From positions 1 through 47,042 of the forward strand of contig JANMPI010000510.1 of assembly GCA_031369785.1 (NCBI GenBank): 47,042 nt of DNA. Reading direction: 5' to 3'. A program made the translations under genes and the position numbers. This DNA comes from Acidobacteriota bacterium (GTDB lineage Bacteria > Acidobacteriota > Vicinamibacteria > Fen-336). The notes below the pieces were generated by a model. The model was not told where the DNA came from. It did not search any database and worked only from the letters and a program-made list of their open reading frames with translations. Of this stretch, positions 25,816-35,008 are shown one piece after another (positions within the stretch are counted from its first letter, which is position 1; each line of letters begins with the position of its first letter).

Positions 25816-26766
25816 TCAGAGCGCCGGCGGATCGAGGGCGAGGCGCGGCGGGGAGGGCTCGTGCGCGCGGAGCGCGAGCGATCCGATGCGCTGCTGCAAC
25901 TCCTCGACCGAAGCGCTGGTGCGGGACGGGCGCGCCTGGAGCTCGGCGATCCGCCGCTCCAGCTGCAGGCCGCCAATGACCAGCGCCGTGTGCTCGGCGA
26001 GGGCTTCCAGGATCTCCAGGTCCAGGTCCGTGAAGCCGCCGCCGGCCGTGGTGCTGTCCACGTAGAGGATGCCGAGCAGGCGGTCGTCCTGGAGCAATGG
26101 CACGCAGGCCAGGACCCCCAGGCGCATCTCCACCACGCTCGCCCGCGCGCCCAGCAGCGGATGGCGCTGGGCATCGGAGACGACGACGCTGGCATGGGTC
26201 TCCACCGCGTGCCGCAGGGCCCCGACGCTGCCCGTGAACCCGTCGTCCCGCACCTGGCCGGGAGCGAACCCGGCCGCGACCTCCGCGTGCAGCCGCCCGT
26301 CGGCGCCCGCGATCAGGACGAACCCCCGCTCGGCGCCCGTGGCCCCGAGGGCGGATTCCAGGAGCCGCAGCAGCAAGTCGAAGGTGTCCAGATCGGCGTT
26401 CAACCTGCGCTTGAGCTCGATGCTGGTGTGGAGCCGCGCGAGGCGCTGTCCCGAAAGGGCGCGCGCCTCATCCTCCGTGATGCGGTCGAAGCGGCCGAGG
26501 AGGCCGCCAAAGCTCAACCACTCTCCGCCCTCCAGGCGTCGGCCGGAGACGGCCATCCCGTTCACGGAGGAGCCGTTCTTGCTGCCGGCGTCTTCGAGAG
26601 TCCACCCGTCGCTCCAGACCAGCCGCGCGTGCTGTTTCGACACCCGGCCATCCTCGATCACCAGCCCGCATTCGGGATCGCGCCCGATGGTCAGGCTTTC
26701 TCCGTCACCGATCACGATGAACCTGGCCGGCCGGTGCGGGGGATGAAGTGTCAGCTTGGCGGGCAT
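25816..26766 (-). CDS. FHA domain - GAF domain protein
   Basis: The ATG at 26766 (MPAKLTLHPP) is the chosen start. FHA motif: LTIGRDPECGLVIEDGRVSKQHARLVWSDGWTLEDAGSKNGSSVNG. GAF-like motif: GAERGFVLIAGADGRLH...LGILYVDS. The upstream 26767-26901 part of the listed ORF looks non-coding. Confidence 0.85.
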   Translation of the reverse strand: MPAKLTLHPPHRPARFIVIGDGESLTIGRDPECGLVIEDGRVSKQHARLVWSDGWTLEDAGSKNGSSVNGMAVSGRRLEGGEWLSFGGLLGRFDRITEDEARALSGQRLARLHTSIELKRRLNADLDTFDLLLRLLESALGATGAERGFVLIAGADGRLHAEVAAGFAPGQVRDDGFTGSVGALRHAVETHASVVVSDAQRHPLLGARASVVEMRLGVLACVPLLQDDRLLGILYVDSTTAGGGFTDLDLEILEALAEHTALVIGGLQLERRIAELQARPSRTSASVEELQQRIGSLALRAHEPSPPRLALDPPAL

Positions 26767-26774
26767 CGGCGTGG

Positions 26775-26799
26775 CCCTTCCACGCGTTCTCGGGAAGGG
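26775..26799 (-). promoter_or_regulatory. 7-bp stem hairpin whose 3' arm contains the SD-like GGAAGGG of the FHA-GAF gene
   Basis: The minus strand reads CCCTTCC-cgagaacgcgt-GGAAGGG-ccacgccg-ATG. The arms are perfectly complementary. The purine-rich arm lies 8 nt upstream of the ATG at 26766. Confidence 0.35.
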
Positions 26800-26875
26800 A
26801 AGCGGTCCCGGGAGTTCAGCGTATGAAGGATCTTCGCCCCTGCCCCCGGGGGAGTCAAGACAGCCCCAAAAGGAG

Positions 26876-26908
26876 CGCTCGCGTGGACCCGGAAGGCCCA
26901 CGCGAGCG
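26876..26908 (-). terminator. Intrinsic-terminator-like hairpin downstream of metalloprotease 1
   Basis: Perfect 11-bp inverted repeat CGCTCGCGTGG / CCACGCGAGCG with an 11-nt loop. It lies 27 nt after the TAG at 26938-26936. On the minus strand it is followed by CTCCTTTTGGGG (a T4 tract). Confidence 0.6.
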
Positions 26909-26935
26909 GGGTACGACCCGGGCGACGGTGCGACG

Positions 26936-29900
26936 CTACTGGTTCAGCACCGTGCGCGCGATGCTGATCTCGATGGAGAACGCTCCGGGGACGTTCAGCA
27001 CCTGCACCCGGTAGACGCCCGGAGCCGACACCGGCTTGTCCAGGCCGGAGACGGTGAGGCCCGGGATCAACGCTTCACCGGTGGCGATCAGGTTGCCCGC
27101 GGGGTCGAGGAGCCGCACCGTCAGCGGCACAGCACTTCCGGTCACGACCACGGAGACGTCCCGGTCGAGCGAGCCTACGTTGACCGTCCGCTCGACGACC
27201 GGCCCCTCGCTCGACGAAGCCGTGCTCGTGGTGGTGACCGACCCGGATTCCGCGGCGGCGGGATTGGGCCCGCTCCCCGCGCACCCGAAGGCGAAGCCGT
27301 CCACGGTCACCACGCCCGTCCGGTGAACGAGCTTGAACTCGTGCGCGGCCAGGGTGAGGCCGGAGTAGGTGAGGCGGTGCCCGAAGGTCGGCGATCCGCT
27401 GCCGCTGGCATAGGACACCGTGCCCCGGAGGATGCCGTCGATGAAGACGTCCGCCGTCCCCGCCGCGGGCGTGATCACGAAGAAGTAGGTGATCGACGTG
27501 GCATTGAAGACGACGCGCGCGGTGGGGGTGCCGGACCCGTTGTTTGTCCCCGTGCGCTCCTGATAGCGGCCGTTGGAGGCGCGCACGTCCGTCTTCCGAT
27601 GCCAGCCGTTCTTGTACTCGACCGCGCGGTCGCCTTCGTCGATGGAGACGCAGTTCTCGTTGACCGTCACCGTGACGTTGGCGGGGTCGGTGCCGCCCCG
27701 CCCGTCGGAGTTCGTGTACGTGAACGTGTCGGCGCCGATGAAGTTCGCGTCCGGGGTGTAGGTGACGGTGCTGCCGTTGGTCGTGGCGGTTCCGTTGGGC
27801 GGATCGCCGACCGCGGTGACGGTCAGGGGGTCGCCGTCGGGGTCGCTGTCGTTCCCGAGCACGTTCACCGTGACCGGGGTGTTCACGATGGTGGTGGCGG
27901 TGTCGTCCACCGCGTCGGGGGCGGCGTTGCAGATGTCGGACTGCTGGTCGGGGCCCTGGAGCAGGACGTTGGTGAGCCGGACCTGGTCGAACTGCAGTCC
28001 TTCGAGGGACTGCAGGGCATCCGAGCCGTAGGCCACCTCGATCTGCACGGGCTGGCCGGCGTAGCCCGCGGCTCCCAGGGCGGTCGCGCTCCAGGTGCTC
28101 TCCGCCCACGGATTGGCCGGCTGGGTTGCGGAAGTCGCCCACCCGGGGCCGTTGTTGCAGCCGGTGTAGGAGTTGGCCGCGTTGTAGAGCCGCCCGCCGC
28201 TCGGGTTGACGATCGTCGTCTGCCCCTGCGCGTTGACGATCCCCACGTTGCCGCGGTCGTAGAACGGCGTCGCGGGCGTCTCGGGCTCGGTGGCGAACTG
28301 GTTGTAGAGCGACAGGGTCGAGCTCGCGGTGAGCCGCACCTTCGGCGATCGCGCGCGGTCGCAGGCGTTGTCCGCCCCGGAGGACGACTTCAGGTAGAAG
28401 GCGCTGCCGTCTGCTCCCGGCGGCGGGAGGTTGGTGCGGTCGAAGGTCCCCGAGAACGTCGTCCAGCCCTGAGCTCCGCTCTCGAAGTCGAAAATCGCGT
28501 TCCCGAGCACGAGGTCGGTCTCGGTATCGCGCACGGTGAGGATTCCCGTGGCCATGACGGGGCCGCCGGGGCTGTCGGCCTCCACCGCGACGTTGAAGGT
28601 CAAGGTGGACTGGGAAGCCAGGCCTCCCGCGCGGAAGCGGAAGGTCGCGGGCCCCGTCGAGTTGGCGCCTCCGCATCCGGCGCCCAGCGACCCCACGACG
28701 ATGGGCAGGGTGGTGAGGATCGACGTCTGCCCGCTGGACGGCTGGATCGCCGTGACGCGCACGTTGGTCAGGTTCATGCCGCCGGTGTTCACGACGTTGA
28801 AGGTCAGGCCCGCGATCTCGCAGTTGTCCACGAACGGATCGCCGTCGCCGGTCTCGATGACGGGACTCGCGCCTTTATCTTCGACCGCGACGCCGGGGCC
28901 GGTGAGGATGCCCGGCGCGAGCGGCGTGACCATGGCGCAGGCGCTCATGGGCCCGGCGCAGGATTCGGCGGGGACGCCCAGCGCGCCGCCCACGGCCACC
29001 ACGCTGTAGTAGTAGGTGAGCCCGTCGAGGAGGTCGCTCTGGGTGAAGGTGAAGCTGCCCGCGGCGGCCGGCACCTCGGCGACGCGGGTCTTGCCGAAGT
29101 CGCATCCGTGAACGCCGTCCGTCCGCAGCACCCAGTACTCGGCCGCGCCGGGAACGGCGGGCCAGGTGACGGTCGCGCTCTGCACGCCGGCGGTGGCCGT
29201 GACCGTGGGGGCGGTGATCGGGGCCGGAGTGGCCACGCAGCCCAGGTTCATCGGAAGCGGCGCGCCGCAGGCGATGCCGTGGCGGCTGAAGGCGTCGTGG
29301 ATGGCCACCATGTGCGGCGTGCCGTTGCCGATGGCGCCGTCGTCGTCGTCCGCAGCCAGGAAGTTCAGGTACCAGCTGTCCGCGTTGCACCCGCCGAGGG
29401 CGACGTCGCAGGTGTAGCCGAAGGTCACCCCGCCCGCGGCGCGGTAGAACAGCCGCGTGGTGAGGACCAGCGACGAATTGTCGTCCATGAAGCGGGGCAG
29501 GGCGTTCGTGCACCGGCCGCCGGCCACTGTCCCCGAGGCGTGGCTCTCCCACCGGCGCGTGTGACAGGGCAGGTCACGCTTGAGGAGGTCCCACACCGAC
29601 TCGCCGATGATCGTTCCCTCGCAGTGGGTCGAGCGGCCGCAGGGGCCGCCGCCCAGGGCGGGGGTGGGCGGATTGAGAACGGGGCAGCCGCCCGGGATGG
29701 TGGGGTTCTGCCCCAGCACCCAGGCGAGGTCGTGCGGCCGCTGCGACTGGCGCTTCTTCCAATCATCCTCGCGGACGCCGGTGCACTCCGTGCACGGGTC
29801 GCCGTTACCGCCGCAGGTGCCCGTGGTGTAGAAGCCCCGGCCGATGCACGAGGTGTTCAGCCGGAAGATGGCCGCCATGTCCGCGTACGCCTCGCCGGGG

Positions 29901-31426
29901 GAGCTGACTCCCGGGTGGTCGTCGAAGTGGTCGAGCCCGTGCCCCCACTCGTGGTCGAAGACGGCCGCGATCTCGCCCGTATTGCGGCACCGGCCGCTGT
30001 TGGGCGACGCCGAGACCTCGCGATAGAAGTTGATGGAACCGGTGGCGGGATTGGCGGTATCCGCAAAGCTGAAGAACGCGTTGCACGAGTTGTTGATGTT
30101 CATGTTGGCCGGGAGCTGGCGGTTGAGCCATTGCCTGGACACAGCACCGGGGCCCAGCCAGCTCTTGGCCTGGTCGATGATGCGGTTCACTTCGTAGAAG
30201 CCCGTGCGCGCGGAGTGGGTGTCCCCCGCGGAGTGGCCGGGGGGCACGGCGCAGTCGGTGCCGGCGCTCATCCCGAGGTCCAGGGCCGGGCAGGCGGTGG
30301 ACTCGTTGATGATGCCGCAGTTGTCCACGATCTTGACGAAGGGACCGGTCAGGTCCGTGCGGAACTGCCCGCTCACCGGCACGAGGCCCTCGCTGTTGGA
30401 CGTCAGCCGCGTGCTGTCCTGCTTGAACACGTAGGCGCGGGACATCGGGTATCCGGGCTGCTCGACGCCGTCCGGGATTCCGCCCGGCGAGGCGCCGTCG
30501 TTGCTCACGGGGAAGATGCCGCCCACGACCTTCTTATGGTCCATGTACTGGTTGGTGTCGGCAAAGGCGAGGAGATCGCCGTCGTGAGCGTCGACCAGGC
30601 CCTCCCAGCCGCCGAGGCTTCCATTCACCTGCGGGCCGACGGCCCAGGCCAGGCGATAGCGGTACCCGCTGCCCTCGATCGAGGCACTGCCGTCGCCGCC
30701 GGCCATGGGCAGCAGCACCAGCTGCGCGCGGCGCCAACTCGCGATCGTGAAGCCCGACAGGTGGCGCGCCACCACGGCCTGGGCCTGCGATGCGGACAGG
30801 CGCGGGGTGGTGGAAACGTCGACCGCACCCCAGCTCTGTGTCCCATACAGGACGAGGTTGCCGTGGTTGATCGTCGCCTTGACGAAGCTCCGCCGCACGG
30901 GAACTCCGTTCACCACCCGATCGACGTTGATGTGCACGAGGCCGCCGTTGTCGTAGCTGCCGATGCTCGGCGGGCCCAGCTCCGCCGCGTCGATGCCCAG
31001 CTGCGCCCGGTGCGCGGCCAAGTAACCGCGGAACGCCTGCCACACCGCGTCCTTGTACGCGGCGTCGCCGGTCGGAGCGCCCAGACCCAGTCCCTGCCAG
31101 GTGAGCCGGTTGCCCACCCCGGTTCCGGGAACGACCGGAGCCGCAGGAAGCAACGTACCCCACCGCCCGCCGCGCACGTCGTAGAAGCCGAGCGCGCCCG
31201 CGACTCCCAGCGTGTCGAGCTGCGGGCCCAGGCGAGCGGCCATCTCCGGGGGAAGCTTCGCGATGGGCTGATGGACGTTGCGGAGGTAGAGCCCATCAAC
31301 CTCGAAGGAGAGCGCCGCGACGGGATCGCCCTCGGGGGGGACCGCCGCCCCGGCCAGGGCGGGCAGGAGCATCAGTGCGCCCACGACCAGGCGTCGAGTC
31401 CGGTTCTGCGCGCTTGACTTCATCAT
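26936..31426 (-). CDS. Giant secreted multidomain zinc metalloprotease (gluzincin, FTP/PepSY-type propeptide, M36/M4-like HEWGH core), paralog 1
   Basis: The ATG pair at 31426/31423 is preceded by GAGGAG. Signal peptide: [28 protein letters not shown]. The HEWGH motif is encoded at 29953-29939, followed by PGEAYAD (candidate third zinc-ligand Glu). The core is Cys-rich. Further modules: FN3-like ([21 protein letters not shown]), cadherin/VCBS-like ([18 protein letters not shown]...[12 protein letters not shown]) and a PPC-like C-terminus. Confidence 0.8.
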   Translation of the reverse strand: MMKSSAQNRTRRLVVGALMLLPALAGAAVPPEGDPVAALSFEVDGLYLRNVHQPIAKLPPEMAARLGPQLDTLGVAGALGFYDVRGGRWGTLLPAAPVVPGTGVGNRLTWQGLGLGAPTGDAAYKDAVWQAFRGYLAAHRAQLGIDAAELGPPSIGSYDNGGLVHINVDRVVNGVPVRRSFVKATINHGNLVLYGTQSWGAVDVSTTPRLSASQAQAVVARHLSGFTIASWRRAQLVLLPMAGGDGSASIEGSGYRYRLAWAVGPQVNGSLGGWEGLVDAHDGDLLAFADTNQYMDHKKVVGGIFPVSNDGASPGGIPDGVEQPGYPMSRAYVFKQDSTRLTSNSEGLVPVSGQFRTDLTGPFVKIVDNCGIINESTACPALDLGMSAGTDCAVPPGHSAGDTHSARTGFYEVNRIIDQAKSWLGPGAVSRQWLNRQLPANMNINNSCNAFFSFADTANPATGSINFYREVSASPNSGRCRNTGEIAAVFDHEWGHGLDHFDDHPGVSSPGEAYADMAAIFRLNTSCIGRGFYTTGTCGGNGDPCTECTGVREDDWKKRQSQRPHDLAWVLGQNPTIPGGCPVLNPPTPALGGGPCGRSTHCEGTIIGESVWDLLKRDLPCHTRRWESHASGTVAGGRCTNALPRFMDDNSSLVLTTRLFYRAAGGVTFGYTCDVALGGCNADSWYLNFLAADDDDGAIGNGTPHMVAIHDAFSRHGIACGAPLPMNLGCVATPAPITAPTVTATAGVQSATVTWPAVPGAAEYWVLRTDGVHGCDFGKTRVAEVPAAAGSFTFTQSDLLDGLTYYYSVVAVGGALGVPAESCAGPMSACAMVTPLAPGILTGPGVAVEDKGASPVIETGDGDPFVDNCEIAGLTFNVVNTGGMNLTNVRVTAIQPSSGQTSILTTLPIVVGSLGAGCGGANSTGPATFRFRAGGLASQSTLTFNVAVEADSPGGPVMATGILTVRDTETDLVLGNAIFDFESGAQGWTTFSGTFDRTNLPPPGADGSAFYLKSSSGADNACDRARSPKVRLTASSTLSLYNQFATEPETPATPFYDRGNVGIVNAQGQTTIVNPSGGRLYNAANSYTGCNNGPGWATSATQPANPWAESTWSATALGAAGYAGQPVQIEVAYGSDALQSLEGLQFDQVRLTNVLLQGPDQQSDICNAAPDAVDDTATTIVNTPVTVNVLGNDSDPDGDPLTVTAVGDPPNGTATTNGSTVTYTPDANFIGADTFTYTNSDGRGGTDPANVTVTVNENCVSIDEGDRAVEYKNGWHRKTDVRASNGRYQERTGTNNGSGTPTARVVFNATSITYFFVITPAAGTADVFIDGILRGTVSYASGSGSPTFGHRLTYSGLTLAAHEFKLVHRTGVVTVDGFAFGCAGSGPNPAAAESGSVTTTSTASSSEGPVVERTVNVGSLDRDVSVVVTGSAVPLTVRLLDPAGNLIATGEALIPGLTVSGLDKPVSAPGVYRVQVLNVPGAFSIEISIARTVLNQ

Positions 31427-31491
31427 GCTCTCCTCGGTGGACGCTCGATGGCGTCGCAGACAGGTGTCTGTTTTGACGGCGCGATGCGCGG

Positions 31492-34400
31492 TCACTGCGG
31501 GCAGCCCACGACCTCGTAGCTCCCGCCGGCCACCAGGCTGTCCGGCATGTTGTCGGGCGTGAGGGCGCTACCGTCCGGGCTCTCGATGCGGATGCGGCTC
31601 AGAAAAGCCGTCAGCTTCTGCCCGACCTGGGGGTTGCCGATCGCGCTTCCCGACACGACGATGCGGATCGTTCCGTCGGCGCTGAAGCTGCTCCCAGGGT
31701 CCGCCGGCGTTCCCGGGGCGGTGTAGGGAGTCACGGTGGCGCCGTTGCCATGCGCGAACGCGGGGGGGTTGGTAGGGAGCACGTTCGCCGTATTCATGCG
31801 CACGAACCGCACCGCCCCGTCCGCCCCCGTGTAGGAGATGGGCCAGGTCGTCGCCTGCGGAACCGAGGCCAGGCTCGTCATCTTCAGGATGAAGACGAGC
31901 TTGCCGTCCGCAGTCTGCGCGATGGCCGCGCTGCGAACGTCGTGGCCGGGTCCTGTGCTGGCGTCGCCGACAGGGTCGGTGAGCACGGTGAAGCCCTCCG
32001 CGCAGGGATCGCCGGCCACGGTCAAGGTGACGCGGCCGGTGTCGGATCCGCCCCGGCCATCGCTGATCACGTAGTCAAAGGTGTCGACGCCCTCGAAGCC
32101 GGCCGGGGGCGTGTAGGTGACTCGGCTGTCGGGGTTGAGCACCGCCTGCCCGAAAGCAGGGGCGCTCACGCTCGTCACCACCAGCGCGTCGTTATCGGGG
32201 TCGGTGTCGTTGCCGGCGACGGCGACGGTGTTGGGGTGATTGCGCGGAACGGAGATGGCGTCGTCCACCGCGGTGGGCGGCTGGTTCGCCGGAGCCTGGC
32301 ATGCCCCGGGGGTCCCGCTCGGCGGGAGCGGCGTGATCGCCGCGCAGTCGCTCATCGGGCCCGCGCACGCATCGGCCCCAATGCCCGCGGGGACGAGGCC
32401 GCCCACGGGGAGGACGCTGTAGTAGTAAGTCAGCCCGTCGAGGAGGTCGCCCTGGGCAAAGGTCCGGGGCGCCGTGGCGGCGATGCGCGCCATGCGCGTC
32501 TTGCCGAAGTTGCAGCCGTGGATCCCGTCCGTGCGCAGGATCCAGTATTCGGCCGCGCCGGGCACGGCGCTCCAGGCGATGCTCGCGCTGCGCGGACCGG
32601 CGGATCCCGTCACCACCGGCTTGGCGGGCGGCGCGGGAGTGGCCAGGCAGCCGCCGTTGAGCGGCGCCGGGGCCCGGCAGGCGAGCCCATGACGCCGGAA
32701 GGCGTCGTTGATGGCGAGCATGTGGGGCGTCCCGTTGGCGAAGGTGCCGTCGTCGTCGTCCGCGGCGAGGAAGCTCATGTACCAGCTGTCCGCGTTGCAG
32801 CCGCCGTTGCGCGCCGCCCCGGTTCCCGGCGCCTGGTCGCACTGATAACCCAGCGCGACGCCGCCCGCGGCCAGGTAGTAAAGCCGCGTCCCGAGCACCA
32901 GGGCCGTGTCCGCATCCATGGTCGGGGCGGCGTTCGCACCGCGACAGCGGCCACCTGCGATGGGGCCGTTGCCGCCCGGGAACGGCGCCTCCCATCCCCG
33001 TGTGTGGCACGGAAGGTCCCGCTTCAGGAGATCCCAGAAGGCCTCGCCCAGGATCGTGCCCTCGCAGTGCGTGCCACGCTGGCAGGGGCCGGAGTTGAAC
33101 GGCGTGGCGGGGACGAGGACGGCCCCGCAGTTCCCCGGCACCGTCGGGTTCTGGTCCAGCACCCAGGCCAGGTCGTGGGGCATCCTCGACTCGCGCTTCA
33201 TCCAGTCGTCCTCGCGCACGCCCGTGCACTCGGTGCAGGGGTCGCCGTTGCCGGTGCAGCGGCCGCCGATCACGTTGTTCAGATAGAACCCGCGGCCGAT
33301 GCACGACGTGTTCAGGCGGGCGATGGCGGCCGCGTCGGCGTAGAACTCGCCGGGCAGGCTGACCCCCGGAGAGTCGTCAAAGGTGTCGAGACCGTGACCC
33401 CATTCGTGGTCGAAAACGGCCGCGATCTCGCCCGTGTTGCGGCAGGTGTTGGAACCCAGGGCGCCCTGCCGGTAGAAGTTGATGGAGCCGGTGCTTACTG
33501 CCGCGGTGTCGGTGGGCGAGAAGAACGCGTTGCAGGCGTTGTTGATGTTCATGTTGGCGGGGAGCTGGCGGTTGAGCCATCCCGCCGGGGTGTTCGCGGT
33601 GGCCTCCGGGCCGAGCCAGGTCTTGGCCTGGTCGATGAGGCGATTCAGCTCGTAGAACCCGGTTCGCGCGGAACGCGTGTCGCCCAGGGAGTGACCGTCG
33701 GGGCGCGCGCAATCCGTCCCCTGGCCGATGCCGAGGTCGAGGGCGTCGCAGGTCGTCGTCTCGTTGACCGCACCGCAGCCGTCCTGGATGCGGACGAAAG
33801 GGCCGGTGAGGCTGGTGCGGTAGGCGCCGCTCGCGGTGACCAGGCCCTCGCTATTGGCCTGGATCCGCGTCGTGCCCTGGAACACGTAGGCCCGCGACAT
33901 CGGATAGCCGGGCTGCTCGAAGCCGTCGGGCACTCCGCCGGGGGATTGACCGTCGTTGCTCACGGGAAGCACCCCGCCCACGATCTTCTTCTGGTCGAAG
34001 TAGGAGTTGGTGTCGTGGAACGACAGCAGCTCGCCGCTATGGGCGTCCACCAACGCCTCCCACGAGCCCTGGCTCCCATCGACCCGCGCGGCGATCGCCC
34101 AGGCCAGCCGGTACGTGTACCCGCGGCCCACCGCGGCCGTGGCGGTAGCACCGCTGGCCATGGGAAGGATGACGAGCGCGGGTTCGCCGAAATGGGCGAC
34201 GGTGAGTCCCTTCAGATGGCGGGCCACGAGGCCGCGTGCGTCATCCGCGGAGAGTCCCGGAGTGGCCGCGACATCGATCGCGCCCCAGTTCCGCGCCACG
34301 TACAGGACGAGGTTGCCGCTGTTCAGGGTGGCCTTCACGAAGCTGTCGCGGACTGGGATCCCTTCATGCACGCGACCGGCATGAACGTGCACCAGCCGGT

Positions 34401-34878
34401 TGCCCTCGTGGGCGCCGATGGTCGGCGGGGCGAGCTCCGCCACGTCGACGCCGAGCTCGGCTTCGTGCGTTTCCAGCCAGGCCGTGAACGCCTGCCACAC
34501 CGCCTCCTTGTACGCGGCGGCGTCGGCGGGCGGGGCGGCCGCCCAGCCGAGCGTGTTGCCCACTCCCGGCCCCGGAACCAATGGAGTGGCCGTGATCAGC
34601 GAACCCCAGCGCCCGGCGCGGACGTCGTACCCTCCCGCTTCGCCCTCCACGGAGAGCGCGGAGAGGTCGTCGCGCAGCTTCCGGTTCAGCTCGTCCGGCA
34701 GTTGATCGAGGGACAAGTGGACGGCGCGGACGAACAGGTCGCGGTGCCCGGTCACACGCCGTTCGACGCGATCGCCCTCGGGCGGGACGGCCGCGACGGC
34801 GTCTCGCGCGGGAAGCAGTAGAGCGACGACGAAGGAAGCGCAAACGAGCGCGATCGCGCCACGAGCCGTCGTGTTCAT
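31492..34878 (-). CDS. Giant secreted multidomain zinc metalloprotease, paralog 2
   Basis: The ATG at 34878 is preceded by GGAGG 8 nt upstream on the minus strand. Signal peptide: [29 protein letters not shown]. The HEWGH motif is encoded at 33408-33394. It is colinear with paralog 1 through the propeptide, catalytic, Cys-rich, FN3 and cadherin-like parts. The C-terminus differs. Confidence 0.8.
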   Translation of the reverse strand: MNTTARGAIALVCASFVVALLLPARDAVAAVPPEGDRVERRVTGHRDLFVRAVHLSLDQLPDELNRKLRDDLSALSVEGEAGGYDVRAGRWGSLITATPLVPGPGVGNTLGWAAAPPADAAAYKEAVWQAFTAWLETHEAELGVDVAELAPPTIGAHEGNRLVHVHAGRVHEGIPVRDSFVKATLNSGNLVLYVARNWGAIDVAATPGLSADDARGLVARHLKGLTVAHFGEPALVILPMASGATATAAVGRGYTYRLAWAIAARVDGSQGSWEALVDAHSGELLSFHDTNSYFDQKKIVGGVLPVSNDGQSPGGVPDGFEQPGYPMSRAYVFQGTTRIQANSEGLVTASGAYRTSLTGPFVRIQDGCGAVNETTTCDALDLGIGQGTDCARPDGHSLGDTRSARTGFYELNRLIDQAKTWLGPEATANTPAGWLNRQLPANMNINNACNAFFSPTDTAAVSTGSINFYRQGALGSNTCRNTGEIAAVFDHEWGHGLDTFDDSPGVSLPGEFYADAAAIARLNTSCIGRGFYLNNVIGGRCTGNGDPCTECTGVREDDWMKRESRMPHDLAWVLDQNPTVPGNCGAVLVPATPFNSGPCQRGTHCEGTILGEAFWDLLKRDLPCHTRGWEAPFPGGNGPIAGGRCRGANAAPTMDADTALVLGTRLYYLAAGGVALGYQCDQAPGTGAARNGGCNADSWYMSFLAADDDDGTFANGTPHMLAINDAFRRHGLACRAPAPLNGGCLATPAPPAKPVVTGSAGPRSASIAWSAVPGAAEYWILRTDGIHGCNFGKTRMARIAATAPRTFAQGDLLDGLTYYYSVLPVGGLVPAGIGADACAGPMSDCAAITPLPPSGTPGACQAPANQPPTAVDDAISVPRNHPNTVAVAGNDTDPDNDALVVTSVSAPAFGQAVLNPDSRVTYTPPAGFEGVDTFDYVISDGRGGSDTGRVTLTVAGDPCAEGFTVLTDPVGDASTGPGHDVRSAAIAQTADGKLVFILKMTSLASVPQATTWPISYTGADGAVRFVRMNTANVLPTNPPAFAHGNGATVTPYTAPGTPADPGSSFSADGTIRIVVSGSAIGNPQVGQKLTAFLSRIRIESPDGSALTPDNMPDSLVAGGSYEVVGCPQ

Positions 34879-35008
34879 GCGGTGAGCCTCCATGACCGCA
34901 AGACTAGGCAACCGCACGCGCACCCGACAATGAGGGAACCGCCTCAGAAAAGGGTGAGAAGGCAACTCATTTTTCGGGCGTGGCCGGAGCCCGTGCTAAG
35001 TTCGCGCG

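Noticed and set aside
22586-26065. 1159-aa plus-strand ORF
   Set aside because: It is antisense to the Ser/Thr kinase-TPR gene and the end of the FHA-GAF gene. The product has no motifs and is L/R/G/P/E-rich. The opposite strand carries complete kinase subdomains.
26767-26901. N-terminal 45-codon extension of the FHA-GAF ORF (MGLPGPRERSFWGCLDSPGG...)
   Set aside because: The extension overlaps the terminator hairpin of the upstream protease gene and the SD-sequestering hairpin, and it has no coding-like composition. The internal ATG at 26766 directly precedes the FHA domain.
26756-31417. 1553-aa plus-strand ORF, the longest in the track
   Set aside because: It is exactly antisense to metalloprotease 1. 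The product is R/G/A/V/D/H-rich low-complexity sequence with no motifs. The minus-strand frame has a signal peptide, an HEWGH motif and recognisable domains. This is a typical high-GC shadow ORF.
31427-31495. Upstream ATG at 31495 for protease 1, which would overlap the stop of protease 2
   Set aside because: The extension ([23 protein letters not shown]) precedes the obvious signal peptide. The ATG pair at 31426/31423 has a GAGGAG SD.
31750-34821. 1023-aa plus-strand ORF
   Set aside because: It is antisense to metalloprotease 2 and has the same R/G/A-rich shadow-frame composition.
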